Shown: in pieces, positions 40,989 through 54,361 of the stretch
Layout: each line of letters starts with the position of its first letter
How positions within the stretch are numbered: position 1 is the first letter of the stretch
Assembly (NCBI RefSeq): GCF_009914755.1
Contig: NC_060927.1
Length of the DNA stretch: 64,000 nucleotides
Direction: 5' to 3' (one strand)
From: the human T2T-CHM13v2.0 reference genome, Homo sapiens
Notes under the pieces: model-generated
The model's input: only the letters and a program-made list of their open reading frames with translations
Told to the model about the DNA's origin: nothing
Databases searched by the model: none
Translations under genes and position numbers: made by a program

Positions 40989-41444
40989 CTATTTACAATA
41001 GCGAAGGTGTAGAACCAACTCAAATGCCCATCAATGATAGACTGGCATTGATGTGGCACATATACACTGTGGAATACTATGCATCCATACAAAAGGATGA
41101 GTTCATGTCCTTTGCAGGGACATGGATGAAGACGGAAGTCATCATTCTCAGCAAACTAACACAGGAGCAGAAAACCAAACACTGCATGTTCTCACTCATA
41201 AGTGGGAGTTGAAAAATGAGAACACATGGACACAGGGAGGGGAAGATCACACACCAGGGCCTGTCAGGGGGTGGCGGGGCAAGGGGAGGGAGTGCATTAG
41301 GACAAGTACCTAATGCATGTGGGGCTTAAAACCTAGGTGACGGGTTGATGGGTGCAGCAAACCACCGTGGCACATGTATACCTATGTAACAAACCTGCAT
41401 GTTCTGCACATGTATCCCAGTACTTAAAGTAAAATTAAAAAAAA
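40989..41444 (+). mobile_element. 5'-truncated L1PA 3' end with TSD aatcctct(a/g)cttaa
   Basis: caaatgcccatcaatgatagactgg...ttctcactcataagtgggag...cacatgtatacctatgtaacaaacctgca...polyA; TSD 40975-40988 / 41445-41458. Confidence 0.9.
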
Positions 41445-42422
41445 AATCCTCTGCTTAAAGATGAACGTATTGTGGCTCAGAGAAGGGCAGAGTGCTGTCT
41501 GGTGCATAAAGCAGAGATGATCTCTGCTGTCAAAGAACCTGCAGTCTAGTTGGGGGGACTAATAAGAAATAATAAACAAAATAATTGTAGGCTGTCATAA
41601 GGGTTATAAAAATAATCAAGATGATATGCATATACAAAAGAAATATATGCTGTATGTTTATAATTGATGTAAAATCTATGTAACCTATAGAAGTAATCAT
41701 TCCTATAATGGTAATATAATAGATAATAACTTTAGGTAATCAAGGAAGGCCTTTCTCTGAGGTAGCATTGGGGATCTGAGATATGTAGGATGAGTATGAG
41801 CCTATTTGAAGAGAAGGGAAGAACACTTTATAGGGAGAGAAAACTGCATATGTAAAGGTCAAAGCCAAGGGTGGGAAAGAGCTTGCCTAGTGTTAGGAAC
41901 AGGCAGGAATCCAGGCTGGCTGGGCAGTGGGAGTGCTGTGGCATGAGGTTGGAAAACAGACAAACGCCACTTTGTGTTGAGAGATTTAGGTTTAATTTCA
42001 AGTGCAAACTCGATCGAATCTAGCTTTTATAAAGATCACCCTCAATGCTATGGGAGAATAGATTGTGTAGGGCAAGAGTGGAAGCAAAAAAACAAAACAA
42101 AACAAAAAACAGTTGGGAAGTTTTGCAGCTGAGCAGGAGGGAGGTGATGAGTTTGCAGGAGGTTGGGGGCAGTGGGGGAGAGAAGGCAATAGGCTCTATT
42201 ATCTGATCCGGATTCCCCACCTCTCAGTCCTGGTTCTTTTCCATGTCTTTAACCTGTTTTTTCCCCATCTTTGAGGGCCATGACTCCTTATCTATCATTT
42301 GGTGACTTCTGCAATCCCAAGTGATATCTTTGTCCTGTCCTTATTGAGGAGAGGGGAAACAAATGAAGCCCCAAGAGGTTGTGTGCTTGGGTGAGGCTCC
42401 CATGTGTAGCTTCTGGGACACC

Positions 42423-43022
42423 ATGGCAGGCAGAATTCTAGGGTGGTCCTCCTGACCTTCACCCCTAGTGTTACTTTGTGATGATGTTATGTTAAATGGC
42501 AAAAGGGATTTTGCAGATGTATTAAAGTTATTCATTAGTTGACCTAAAGTGAGGGAGATTATCTGGGTGGGCCTAACCCAATCACACGAGCCCATTCAAC
42601 ACAGTTTCCTCCTGCTGGTAGCAGCAGCAGAAGTCAGGGAGATTTGAAGTGTAATAGGAATTTGATGGAAGGGACTGTCTCTGATGGCAGGGGCCAATGT
42701 AAAAGTATCTGAGCGCAACTTCTAGAGCTGAGAGCCACCACTGGCTGACAGCCAGGAAGAAGAAGGGGATTTTAGTCTTACATCTGCAAGGAACTGAATT
42801 CTGCCAACAACTTAAATGATCTTGGAAGTTGATTCTTCTCCAGAGCCTCTAGATAAGAGCTCCATCAGCTGACACCTTGATTTCAGTTTCATGAGACCCT
42901 GAACAAAGAACCCCATTGTGCTCACTGGGATTTCTGACTGACACAATGCTGGGATAAGAAATTGGCATTGTTTTAAGCTGTTATGTTTGTGGTAGTTTGC
43001 TAACACAGCAAAATAGAAAACC
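42423..43022 (+). mobile_element. MLT1 (E-like) LTR
   Basis: ggcaggcagaattcta...ggcaaaagggattttgcagatg...aaggaactgaattctgccaacaac...ttgttttaagc. Confidence 0.75.
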
Positions 43023-43605
43023 GGTGGCCTATGCTTCCTGCTAACCCCCTCCAGTCAAGCTGCCTCTTAGCCTCTGTACACAAGTAGGGGACAGCCCAGG
43101 CTCTAAGTTCTAGAGTTTTCTTCTGTGTCCTCTCAGGCTTTTCTGCCTCTCTCACTGTTGACAGCTTTCTCCTGGGCAGTCTCATTTTCTGGCTCTTTCT
43201 GACCTCTTCTGTGGGTTCCTCTTCCTCCATCTAGGTCTCATAATCTATTATGTTCTAGCTTCCTTTTTTTTTTTCTAGGACATCCCGCCATTTCCACAGT
43301 TTAAATCAGCACCTCTTTAAACATTTCATGGCACCCATCTTTATCCCCAGCTCAGGGTCTCTTCTGAGCTAGACCCTAATATTCAGCTCTACTTGGATGT
43401 CTTGGCTGATCACTCTATAAGAATTGCTGGTTTTACTTTCCACATATCTCGAAAATATCTCCCCCATTATCCCAGCCATGGCTCAAATTCAGGCTGCCAT
43501 TCCTTCTTAATTATAATATTGAAATAACCACAAGTTGAGTAGTTATTTGCCTGTGGTATTTGTTCCGTCTTTATTTGCCTTTGACATAGCCTCTTCCCGC
43601 AAGTG

Positions 43606-43830
43606 GGCCCAGCAGCATAATTTGTGAGGTCTGGGGCAAAATGAAAATACGGGGACCCTTATTTAAAACAAATTAAAATTTTCATACATTCTTCTTTGCC
43701 TTGGTAGTAGGTTAAAAAAATAAACAGAAGAAAAATAGTTTCATATGTTTATTAAACCAAGCATGAGGCCCTTCTGTGCACAGGGCCCTGTGTGACGGCA
43801 TGGGAGGCGTGCTCATGAGGCTGGGCGTGC
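43606..43830 (-). mobile_element. MER45-like hAT-Tip100 element
   Basis: cataatttgtgagg...gcaaaatgaaaat...aaaccaagcatgaggcccttctg...gggccctgtgtgac. Confidence 0.65.
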
Positions 43831-44093
43831 CCGCCAGAGACCTTTCTAAAATGCAGATTCACGACTCTCCTCCTCAAGCCACCCTAGTGGCCAGTGGGGT
43901 CATTTCGGATCAGAGATTCCTGGAATAGATCTAACTAAGATGGTAGATATTATTTTAAATAATGCCTTTTTGAGGAACTAGCTGCTAGGCTCTCTATCCT
44001 GGGAGAAGAAGGTGAAGGTTCCGCAATATCAATTTTCCCAACTCAGCCAAGATTTTCCAGCATCTCCAGGACAAGTGTTCATTGCAGGCTCAC

Positions 44094-44290
44094 CTTGATG
44101 TAGTCATAGGGGCAGGGCACCTCAGGATGGTCCTCAATGTCAAATATGTCCTCAAACTGCAGGTTGACCATGAAACCCTCCTCCAGCTCGATGGTATACA
44201 GGCATTCAGAGCTCTTGGGGTAAGGGTTTGGGAAGTCAGGGCTGGTGATCACCCCAGTCCTTTGAGTGAAGAGGTTGTCACTGCACTCCA
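44094..44290 (-). CDS. MASP1: Exon 5, first half of CUB2 (VECSDNLFTQRTG...PCPYDYIK)
   Basis: 197 nt, acceptor aacag|TG, donor AAG|gtgagc. Confidence 0.97.
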
Positions 44291-44796
44291 CTGTTGGAAA
44301 CATAATAGAGAAAATGGCGCATCGCAACCACAGCCATAGCAAGCCTGGCTTATCTGTTACTATATGATTTTCCCAATGGTCCCAAGCAGTAGACAGGGAA
44401 GGTATCGGCATCTCCATTTTACAGATGGGAAAAATGAAGCTCAAGGTCGCATGTCTAGTAATTTACCGAGCTGAGATTCAAGCACAGATTTTCTAATTGT
44501 CTGTCCAGGGCTGTTTACCCTGTGTGAAGATCCTTCTCATCAGATCCTCTGGTATGGGGGTCAGGGAGAGGGATCTGAGAGGGAAGGGTTTTGAGATGGA
44601 GTGGTCAGGGGGATGCCTGGACCTCTGTGATCATGTCCTCCCTGTACCCAGAACTTCAGGAGATCCCTCATCTCCTACAGGCCCTTGACACACACCCTCA
44701 CTCCTCACTGTCTAACCCCTGTCTTTGTTTTGTTTTTCTTTATAGTGCTATTCACTCTGTTCAACTAAATGTAGCCTTAAGCTTCCTTCTTACTTA

Positions 44797-45114
44797 TTTT
44801 ATTTTATTTTATTTTATTGAGACAGAACTTTACTATGTCACCTAGGTTGGAGTGCAGTGGTGCCATCTCAGCCCACTGCAACCTTCGCCTCCACCTCCAC
44901 CTCCACCTTCTCCCAGTGATCCTCCCACCTCAGCCTCCTGAATAGCTGGGACGACAGGCACGTGCTATAACACCTGGCTGATTTTTGAAGTTTTTGTAGA
45001 GATGGGGTCTTGCTATGTTGCCTAGGCTGATCTCAAATTCCTAGACTCAAGCCATCTTCCTGCCTTGGCCTCCCAAAGTGCTGAGATTACAGGTGTGAGC
45101 CACCTCGCCCGGCC
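44797..45114 (-). mobile_element. AluJ-type element inside the MER57-like LTR
   Basis: (tttta)n tail; gatcctcccacctcagcc; ggggtcttgctatgttgcc. Confidence 0.88.
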
Positions 45115-45210
45115 TCCTTACATATTTTAAATTCAGCCTGAAGGGTTCTGCGTACATGGTGAACTGCAACCTAACTGGATTTTTAAGTAGACTGTAATCT
45201 ACTGTCTTAC

Positions 45211-46131
45211 TGTAAACTAAAAATAAAATCCTAAGCCCTCCACTGACCTAATGGGCCCCCTGTGGCAAAGGATCTCCAGAAAAACCTTAAAACGGAATTC
45301 CTGGCCATGATGGAGTGGTAGGTTAGACACTCCTTCTATATCCCCTTTTCTCTGCAGTTTGGACACAACAACTGACCAACATTAATGTTAAATAGAGATC
45401 ATGAGAGTGAGAAAACAGACTCCTTGTGGAAATAAAATACCAAATTATAAATGATGAAGGAACTAAGGCCATGCCAGGCAAGGGTTAAGTCACGCATCCC
45501 TACACTGAAAGCATAAACTATGTTCTAACGATGCTACAAAGTTTTTCTTTTTCTCCAGCAGCTGAACAAGTACTGGCCTTGTGGTAAGTGATATGAAAAC
45601 AATTTTCAGCTCTACCAGATGCTGACTGTCTGATCCCCACCCTGTTCCACCAGCCATAACTGTAGCTTTGAATGGACAAGACATTGATTTCAGTCACTTT
45701 CTTTTGATAAGAGACTTCTGACCATGGCCTGGTTCTCGCCAGTTTACAGAGGCTGCACACCTGAATGTCTCCCATCCTGAAAAGACGTTTAGACCCTAAC
45801 TGTAATACATTTAATGTGAAGTCTCCATCCCAAAGTGAACATGGGTCATGTGTTGCATACATATTTGTTTAATATGCATGTGTCAGGACCACTCTTAGGA
45901 ATATTCACAGCTCCTCCTATAACCTGTTGAATATGTATGTTTAGCCAACCTGTTCAGCATAAAGCTCCTATCTCAACCCCTCCTCCTTTTAAGTGCCTGT
46001 CTCTGGTCTTGGCTGGAGGTGGTGCTTCCCAGACTATGAGGACGGCCACCTGCTGTAACCCTTCATAAGGAATAAAATCTCCTCTCTTTTTCTAAACTTA
46101 CAGATTTGTAATCTTGATTTTTAAGTTAACA
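45211..46131 (+). mobile_element. MER4-family ERV1 solo LTR nested in the MER57-like LTR
   Basis: tgtaaactaaaaataaaatcctaagccc...aataaaatctcctc...gttaaca; 4-bp TSD ttac/gtac. Confidence 0.75.
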
Positions 46132-48170
46132 GTACCAATCACAGAGTTTTGGCCAGTCACGGGTGGCCATCTGTTCAAACTGCCTTCAAACAAGGCAAAT
46201 ACCAAGCTGTAAGTAATTTGGCTGTTTCTGTACCTGACTTCCATTTGCTGTCCATCACTTTCCTTCTACTTCCCATAAATATTATCCAGCATGAGCAACC
46301 CTGGAGTTGCTCTGAACATATTCTGGTGGTGGTAGGGTGGGTGCAGGGGAGGATTCTCAAATTGTTCTTTGCTCAGTTAAACTCTGTTAAATTTAATTTG
46401 TCTGAAGTTTTTCTTTTAACAGCTCCCTATATTGATTTTCTTGCTCCCAGTAGACTGTAAGTTCTGTGAGTGCAGGAATTCTGCTTCGTTCCCCACTGCA
46501 TTTACTGCACGCGAGAATCCACTGTCCTGGGAACCCAGACGTGACTTTAGCCCTGCTAAGGAACATTTATGTGTCACTAAGTCTTTACCCTTGGGCCAGT
46601 TCATCCTAGATCTGGGATGTCAATGTTTCTACACCCTTGTTCATTCTGCTTATTTGCAAATGAGAAAACTGTGGTTCTGAAAAAGGGGTCTTGACTATCT
46701 TAAAGTTTCACAGCTATGAGCTGCAGGACAAGGTGAAGATGGAAGTCTCCTGAGTTCCTGACTGTTTTCATTTTTTACCCCAAGCATTCTCATGGGGGCG
46801 ATCTTGCCCTCAAGAAAGCTAAAATTCCTTCTTGGTGGGGAAGGTCTTGCTTTTTAAATGCACAATACACAGATGGACATACAGTACATAAACAGATATA
46901 TAGTCTATCTGTGATATTAAAATTTCATGGTGGGGGCCTTAGGAAAATTATATTTAAAAAAGCTCCTGGTGAAGGGTGAAAATGAAGAAAATGAGTGAGA
47001 AACCTTGCTCTGCCCTAAGCATTCTTGGCCCTGACTGTACTGAACACATAGTAGATACTCAAGAAGAACTTAACCGAATAAAAAAATAGAAAATATACAC
47101 TCTTTAAGAAAAATCCTGCACGTGCCTGTTCTTTTGGTTTTGGATTGCTTTATACTGATGTGTTATATAGGGTTTTATTCAGAAGCAAATAGCAGGTTTT
47201 GAAGGAGGAAGAAAAAAACTTTTGTCTCCAGACTTGCGCTCCCCCAGTGATCCCTCACTCAGCTTCCAAGTGAGATTTCAAGCACAGATGCTTATCCTGG
47301 ACCACACTAATCTATTGACTGTTCCCTGAAACATTCCAAGTTCTACCACACTTCTGACTGTTTGCAGAAGCTCTTCTCTCTGCCTGGAAGGCCCTTCTTC
47401 TCTTTATTCTTTCATCTCTGTCAAGGGTCACAACTCTGGGAAGTGTTTGCCTGCACAGGTCTGATTGTGCTATGTCCATACTTCCATTACATAAATGTAA
47501 TGGAAACATTAATGTTAAAATGGAGACCATAAGACACTTCACCATTTGCTTACATGCCCATTACCCCACTAGCCCAAGAGCTCATCCTAGAAAGTGGCTA
47601 AACCCTTCCATTTCTCCATCCCTCCCTAAGCACGAGACTATAGCATAGTAGGTACGTTGATGATAGATGAAAACAAAGATAGATAGAAGGAATGGGAAGT
47701 TTTCTGGCTGTTTCTGTTTGCCTCTTTCCTCTCTCACTTCTTTGCTTTGGACTGAGGTCTCTCTATTGTAGAGGAACTTAGGGGCCATGGAAAAGAAGAG
47801 AAAAGGAGTTGCTGGGTAAAGCATAATTCGTGGCTCAAAGAGAAGGAACTGGGAAACCCAAGTTTTCCCCTAACTTGACCAGACCAATTGCCTACAATAG
47901 GATAGGAGACAGCAACCTGTATAGCAAAAAATGCTGCCCCAGAAAGAAAGATGGCCAAATAGTCTAGAGCTTCTCTCCTTTGGGAACCCAAGATCAGGTT
48001 TCCAGGCTGGGTGGGCATTTCTGCATCTTCATCCATGTGGTGTCTGAGGTGCATCATTGACTTCATTTTTACTTGTTCCTATTGCATATCTGTCTTTCTC
48101 TGAGCCTCATCTAATGTTATTGAGGATGTGGCCTATAAGGGCAATGCATACAATCATTGGTAGGCTCTAC

Positions 48171-48302
48171 CTCGGCAGGTCCTGTTGTCTGTGTGGAGGA
48201 TGTAGCCGAAGCGGCAGGAGCAGTAGTAGCCGCCAATGTAGTTGTGGCAGTAGTGGTCACAGGACAGCTCCTCGTCCTCCCTCTCCTTGCACTCGTCCAC
48301 AT
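48171..48302 (-). CDS. MASP1: Exon 4, Ca-binding EGF domain (DVDECKEREDEELSCDHYCHNYIGGYYCSCRFGYILHTDNRTCR)
   Basis: 132 nt, acceptor tacag|AT, donor G|gtagag; six-Cys EGF pattern; not in the ORF track in this frame. Confidence 0.97.
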
Positions 48303-48844
48303 CTGTAGGGCAGGTAAAGCCTCTCCATCAATACATGCATGATGATGAAGACTACAGCCAACATTTATAGAGCACTTGATATGGGCCACTCACTATGTTA
48401 GGAGATTCATGCGTTCTCTCATTTAATCCTCTCATACAGCCCAGAGGTAGCCATTATCTTCACTTTACAGACTAGGAAACTGGAACTCAGAGAGGTTAGG
48501 CAACTTACCCAAGGTCACAAAAAGCCAAGTTCAAACCCAGGTAACTTGACTTCTGGTGGGACCACTATCCTCTAACAGTTATAATAATAACTGTGTGTGG
48601 GACAACAACCTCAGGAAGAATTACACATTTGTTACTATGCATTCTGTTACTAGTCACATTCTATGGAGGATGAAATGGCGACATAGAGGCATTAACAAAC
48701 TTAGAATCACACAGATAATAAGTGGCAGACCCAGGATTTAAATACAGACAAGCTGGGTACAGAGCTTGTGCTCTTAACTTCTACCTCATGCTACCTCTTT
48801 CTTTCTTTCTGCCCCTAATGTGGGTCAAGCCCTGTCCTAGGCAT

Positions 48845-49895
48845 TTGAATGTACATTTCCCCAAAAGGGATAAACCAATGGCCAACAAGCACATGAAAAG
48901 ATGTTCAACATTGCTAGTCATTAAGGGAATGCAGTTTAAACCACAATGAGGTACCACTACATACTCACCAGAGTGATTAAAATTTTTAAAAATTGACAAC
49001 ATCTAATGTTGGTTTAGATGTGGAGCAGCCAGAACTCTCATACATTGGTGGACAGATAAAAAATGTTACATTTGCTTTGGAAAAGGTCTGGCAACGTCTC
49101 ATAAAGCTAAACGTATACCTATCCTATGACTCAGCAATTCTTCTCTTACATATTTACTCAATAGAATTGAAAACATATGTTTGCAAGAAGACTTGCACAA
49201 GAAGGTTCATAAAAACTTTGTTAGTGAGAGCTAAAAAATGGGGAGATTCCAAGTAGCCGTCAATAAGAGAATGAGTAAACATACTTTAGTATATTCATAC
49301 AATGGAAAATTACTCTGCCAGGAAAAGGAGCAAATTACTGATGCATGCGACACATGAATTAACTTCAAAAACATTATGCTGAGTAAAAGAATCCTCACCC
49401 CCAAAATGTATTCTGTATGTTTTCATTTAAATGAAGTTTTAGAAGAGGCAAGAACTAATCTACAGCAGAAAAAAAATCAAAACAGTTGTTTCCTCTAAGG
49501 GAAGTGGGAGCAGAGATTGACTGGCAGGGACACAAAGGAACCCCCTGGGCTGGTGGTAAAGTTCAGTGTCTTGTTAGAGGTTTGGGTTACACACAAATAC
49601 AGATTTTTCAAAATTCAACAAATGTATACATGAGATATGTATATTTCATTTTATGTCAATTTTACACAAAAAGAAAAAATGCTGTGAACAAATATGAAAC
49701 TCTAGCAAAATAATATGCATGCTGAATTATTTAGGAAGAAGTATACTGATGTCTGCAATTTACGTTAAAACACTTTGTAAAAGATGAATTGCTGGATGGA
49801 TAGAGGGTAGATAGATGGATAGATACGTGATAGAGCAAATGCATTAAGACATTAATGGTAAAATCTATGTGGTGCACACACAGATTTCCATCGTA
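48845..49895 (+). mobile_element. L1M (L1MB/MC-like) ORF2 end and 3' UTR fragment filling most of intron 3
   Basis: atggccaacaagcacatgaaaagatgttcaacattgctagtcattaagggaatgca...cctatgactcagcaattc. Confidence 0.8.
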
Positions 49896-49972
49896 AAGGA
49901 GAGGTCACAAGGCAGTTTTCATCTTCGGAGAGAGAGAGAGAGACCTGAGGATGAGTCACTTCTCCAACTTAC

Positions 49973-50150
49973 CCACAGCCATGTAGTGGGCATCAAAGCC
50001 TGTGAAACGCTCCTCATTGGAGAAATCTGACCGGAAAGTGATGGACATGAAGGAGCCAGGGGAGAGGACCACCTCCTGGCCGGGAGTCTGCTCTGTGTCT
50101 GTGGTCTCCCTGCCACAGAAGGTTGCCAGCACCTGGTCCTCAGTTTCTAC
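49973..50150 (-). CDS. MASP1: Exon 3, second half of CUB1 (VETEDQVLATFCGRE...FDAHYMAV)
   Basis: 178 nt, acceptor tcaaag|GTA, donor G|gtaagt, phase 0-1. Confidence 0.97.
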
Positions 50151-53100
50151 CTTTGAGGTCAAAGAGAAAGGGAACAAGATGAGCAGTTTCCCAGCTAGGC
50201 TTCTTTCCTTATCTTTAGAAAGAAAAAGGAAGGGGCCACCCAAGAGTAGGCTAGTCAGCCTGAGAAACCCAAAGAAAGGAGGTTAAGGATTCTTGAGAAA
50301 AGACGCATTACAAGTTAATTCAATGTGGACATCTGATCAGTTTCATTCGTCTTATTTAGTTCCATTAGAAGTAGCTTGATATTTGTTGTTGCTGTCAATA
50401 ACCAAGCAGCTTATTTATTAAAAATAACTCAATATGAAAGTTTTAAAAAGTTAGATAACCTCGCAGACAGATTCTCTGCACAACAGGAACTTACCACATT
50501 TCCAAAGAATGGAAACTGTATACACAATATAAGTCATTCATTGAGTATCCAGTGTGTGCCTACTGCCGAGCAAAGCATGAGATGGAGGTGATGAGAGATA
50601 GACACAGTGCTGTGCACACAATAGCAGTGTTGAGATTGAGGAACACAGACACAGGCAGGTATTACACAGTGTGACAAATGCTTTCACACAAGCAGAAGCA
50701 CTGCATATGCACTCAAAGCAGGCAAACAATCCACATTAGAATGTAAGCTACAGGAGAGAAGGACTTTATTTTCTTTATAGATGTGTCTTCAGTGCATGGA
50801 ACAGGACCTGGCACATAATAGTTATCCAATAAACATTTGTTTACAAGAACTGAAAGTACAAGCCCCATTCTGTGAACAGTGAGTAGCCAGGGAGTCTGTG
50901 GGGATTGTAGGAGGAGATGTACTTGGAAGGATACATGGAAAGAAAATTATGGTTGACCTTGAATGCCATTAATTCTGTGAGTAAGTGGAAGACACTGAAA
51001 ACTTTTAAGCAGGAAAGTCATGTAATGAAAACTAATGTTTAATAGGCAGTCTTAATACAGAAACTATTTATTGGAATCACCCAAAAATAGTTTGAGTGTG
51101 TATCTCTGTGTGTACATGTTTGTGTTAAGACTTAGATGCAAAAAACATGCCTGTTTGCTAAAAGAATTCCCTTCTTTGGAAGAGCCAGAGGCCCTGTGCG
51201 AATTCAGAGATCCAAGCAGAGATCCTAAACTGGTGGCTTAAAGCTGATTTTATGTGAGACAGGAGTTTGGGAAGCTTCGTATGATAGCTAGTTGGTATAT
51301 TTATTTGAGTATAAATTCTTGACGTATCTATTCGATTATCTTATACCTAATCCAATTCTTTTAAGTTGTATTTGTGTTTGCAACCTCTGGACCAAATTTT
51401 AGCCAAGATGCATGAAAAAAATCTCTTACCAAGAATGATTCCTGCTGCCTTTCAAAGTCATTAGAGAAAAGTTCTCAAAGGCGGCTATCTCTAGTAGCTT
51501 CTAATGAATTCATTGTTTTGTTCGTTAGCTTAGCATGTCAGAAATATCTTGACATTTGACACTCCTGTTTTGAAACTAATGGTTTATTTATTTAAAATAA
51601 GTGGGAGTTTCAAAGAAAAACAATTTGCCCTGGCAACAAAACGCAAGTACAATTAATCACTAACTTTGGGAATTGAAGTGTAAACAGAAGATGAGATCAT
51701 GGCTTTGCTATTTATTCCTCTTCTCTGCAGATACCAGCCGAACTCACACCAGTCTTGTTACTATAGAATGTGCCTATCTGCACACAGCTGAAATGTCACT
51801 TCCTTGAACCTCCCAGCTGCTGTGTTATTTTATCTGACTCAGTTTTCCAAATAGCCAAAGCTTTACCTAACTATAACTAAAAATTTTCTTTTTGGTGTAA
51901 CACTTAAAAAAAAAAAAGTACTTTAAAGAAGTACCCACTTTCTCAAGTGAAACATGCTAACCCTTTCTTGGTGATCCAGGGACATTGTTATGAATGTCAA
52001 CCATTGTGATACTATATTAAAGTGATAATCTTGGGGATATTGAGTTGTGTAATGTCGCTTGACCTGGCGTTAAACATTGCCGGACTATAAAGCCTTGAAC
52101 TTCTGAAGTCTTCTTTATGTCATGTTTTATTTCCTGTCTTTTTATCAGCCTATTCACTGTACTTTTCTGTCTGCTTATTTTTAATATGTTGTGAATTAGA
52201 AACCAGTTAACTGCTTTTGCTAGAACTTAATAAAAAAAAGCTAAATAGATTTAGAATGAGGGCCTGGGAAAGGGATTCTTCTGTGAGTAACTGCATGAAC
52301 TAGAGTACACCATCTTGGTGACCTCTGCTTTGGAGTAATACGATATACAGGAACCTGGCAGTTGGAGGTCCTGGGTCCTGTTCCTGACACTGCCGTATTC
52401 TGCATTTTGGGCCATCTCCTTTCTAGCTCTCAGTTATCCACTTGTAAAAACAGGGGTTTGGACTAGCTGAGCTCTAGATTCCTTTCCAATTCCAGACATA
52501 GCAGTCATCATAGTCTAACACAGTTCTAACAAATCATCATAGTCATATATTATATAAACCAACCAGAAGATGGTAAGCAGGAGTTTTAACATATGCAGGA
52601 TTACTGCTTGCGGATGAACTTGAATTTGTTAATAATGAATAGTCATGCCTTGGGCATTAATAGTTCCAGCTACACAGGCTTCTTTCTGGAACTTGGTATC
52701 CCCAGTGCCTCTTGGGTTCTGCAGTGACTGGGACATGAACATTTTCAAGTGAACACACTGGTCATTTGGATTAGGGAGATACTACTGAGGGTCTGTGATA
52801 AATGACCTCCCTCCTTGTAACGTCTGGGCTGAAGGACCTTTTCATAATGGCAGATAAATCAGATAAATGGTTATCACCTGCAGAGCCACAGTATTCCAGA
52901 GAACAGGAAGCATGCCCCAGCTGAGGCCCATGGGAAAATTTGAGCCATACATCCTTTTAGAAGCAGAGAAGAGAAGGCCAGTAGCCTGGGGCCCTGGGAA
53001 TTCAGCCTGCAGCTCAGAATAGAGTCCTGGAATATCAGAGCTGGGCGGGACCTTTAAGAGCTATTTCTATCTGCCTCCTTCTATAGGAAACAGAGGTCAA

Positions 53101-54266
53101 GAGAGGGGAAGTGACTTGCTCAAGGCTGGAGAGATAACATGAACATTTTCTGATATCAGTTTTGCTTTGGGAACTATTCTGAGATGAGAGAAAAGAACCC
53201 ACCAACCCAGAGAGTACATGACTAAAGACACAGACACTTGGCCAAACAATTTTCCTGGCTCAAAGGCCTCTTGAAACCTTATCTTGGGTGCATGGACTGT
53301 CTCTTAGAGAGGATGTGGCTCAGTGACAGCTCCAGTCATAACCTAAACAGAGGGGTCACTGGTCCCGGTTAATATTTGCATCCTGTGCTGTGGAATATGG
53401 AGTTCTATAAAGATCATTTACCTCTGAGTATAGGCAGATTGAGACCTAGCTTCTATTTGGACTGTCCCCTCTCAGAGGTCATCATATCAACATGATGGAG
53501 GGACCTTATCAAGTGAAGACAAAACATTCATAATAATGGAGACCCATGTGGCTGCGAATAATAAACTCTTCATTTTTCTATTTCTTCTTGTGGGCGACTA
53601 TGTCCTTAGAGACTATTGTTATTTAGGACACCAACATGTGGCTGTATGTCCTCAATTTGTTTTCTTTCAACTCAATTCACCAAATATGTGTGTACTAAGT
53701 TCTGTCTACACTTTAATGTGAAGGGTGCCAAAAATTATTTATTTGTTATACGAGCTCAATAAGCAAGTTCCCTGCCTCTAGGAATGTGACACTTGGTAGA
53801 AGAATAAGATAAGTACTCAAAGGTATATGTGTTGGGGTATTCTCAGGGTATCGTAAATGCAATCAAAGATGGGCTGCCCTGGGGGTTTAAGGAATGGAAA
53901 AGATTGAATCCAGCTGAGGGAAATCAGAAAACATTTAGGAAGAAGAGAATAATCTTTGAGCTGGAGACTGAAACGTGAATAGAATGTAGGCAGGTAGAAA
54001 TCATAGATGGAGGGTAGGGGGTGGGTAGAGTATGTAGGGAGAGGAAATAGTGAAGGCCTGGGGTATTCAAATCTCAGCTGCTCCTCCCCACTACCCATTA
54101 CCTGGCGTCAGAAAGGGGCTCTGTTAAGGACAGAGAGCTGGGAAGGCACATCTGATAAGAAGAAGCCAAGAGGCTTTGGTTTCTATGAGTTTTCTACCTC
54201 AGCAGAAACAGCACAAACCTGCTAGGCAAAACTATGGCAGGGCAGCTGGGATTGGCCAAATTTCTG

Positions 54267-54361
54267 TGGAAGGACAGCTACTCTATGGAAGAACAGCTAC
54301 TCTATGGGAAGACAGCTACTCTATGGAAGAACAGCTACTCTAGGGAAGGACAGCTACTCTC
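54267..54361. repeat. 19-bp minisatellite, 5 copies (tggaagaacagctactcta)
   Basis: units start 54267, 54286, 54305, 54324, 54343. Confidence 0.92.

Larger units (their letters stand above)
44758..46421 (+). mobile_element. MER57-like ERV1 solo LTR carrying nested Alu and LTR insertions
   Basis: TG start; ccttacatattttaaattcagcctgaagg; resumes gtaccaatcacagagttttggcc; ends aagtttttcttttaaca. Confidence 0.75.

Noticed and set aside
41024-41313. ORFs resembling the L1 ORF2 C-terminus (also 48722-49256)
   Set aside because: Truncated, mutated L1 fragments
54267-54361. Repeat array as CRISPR-like
   Set aside because: Head-to-tail units without unique spacers, in a eukaryotic intron
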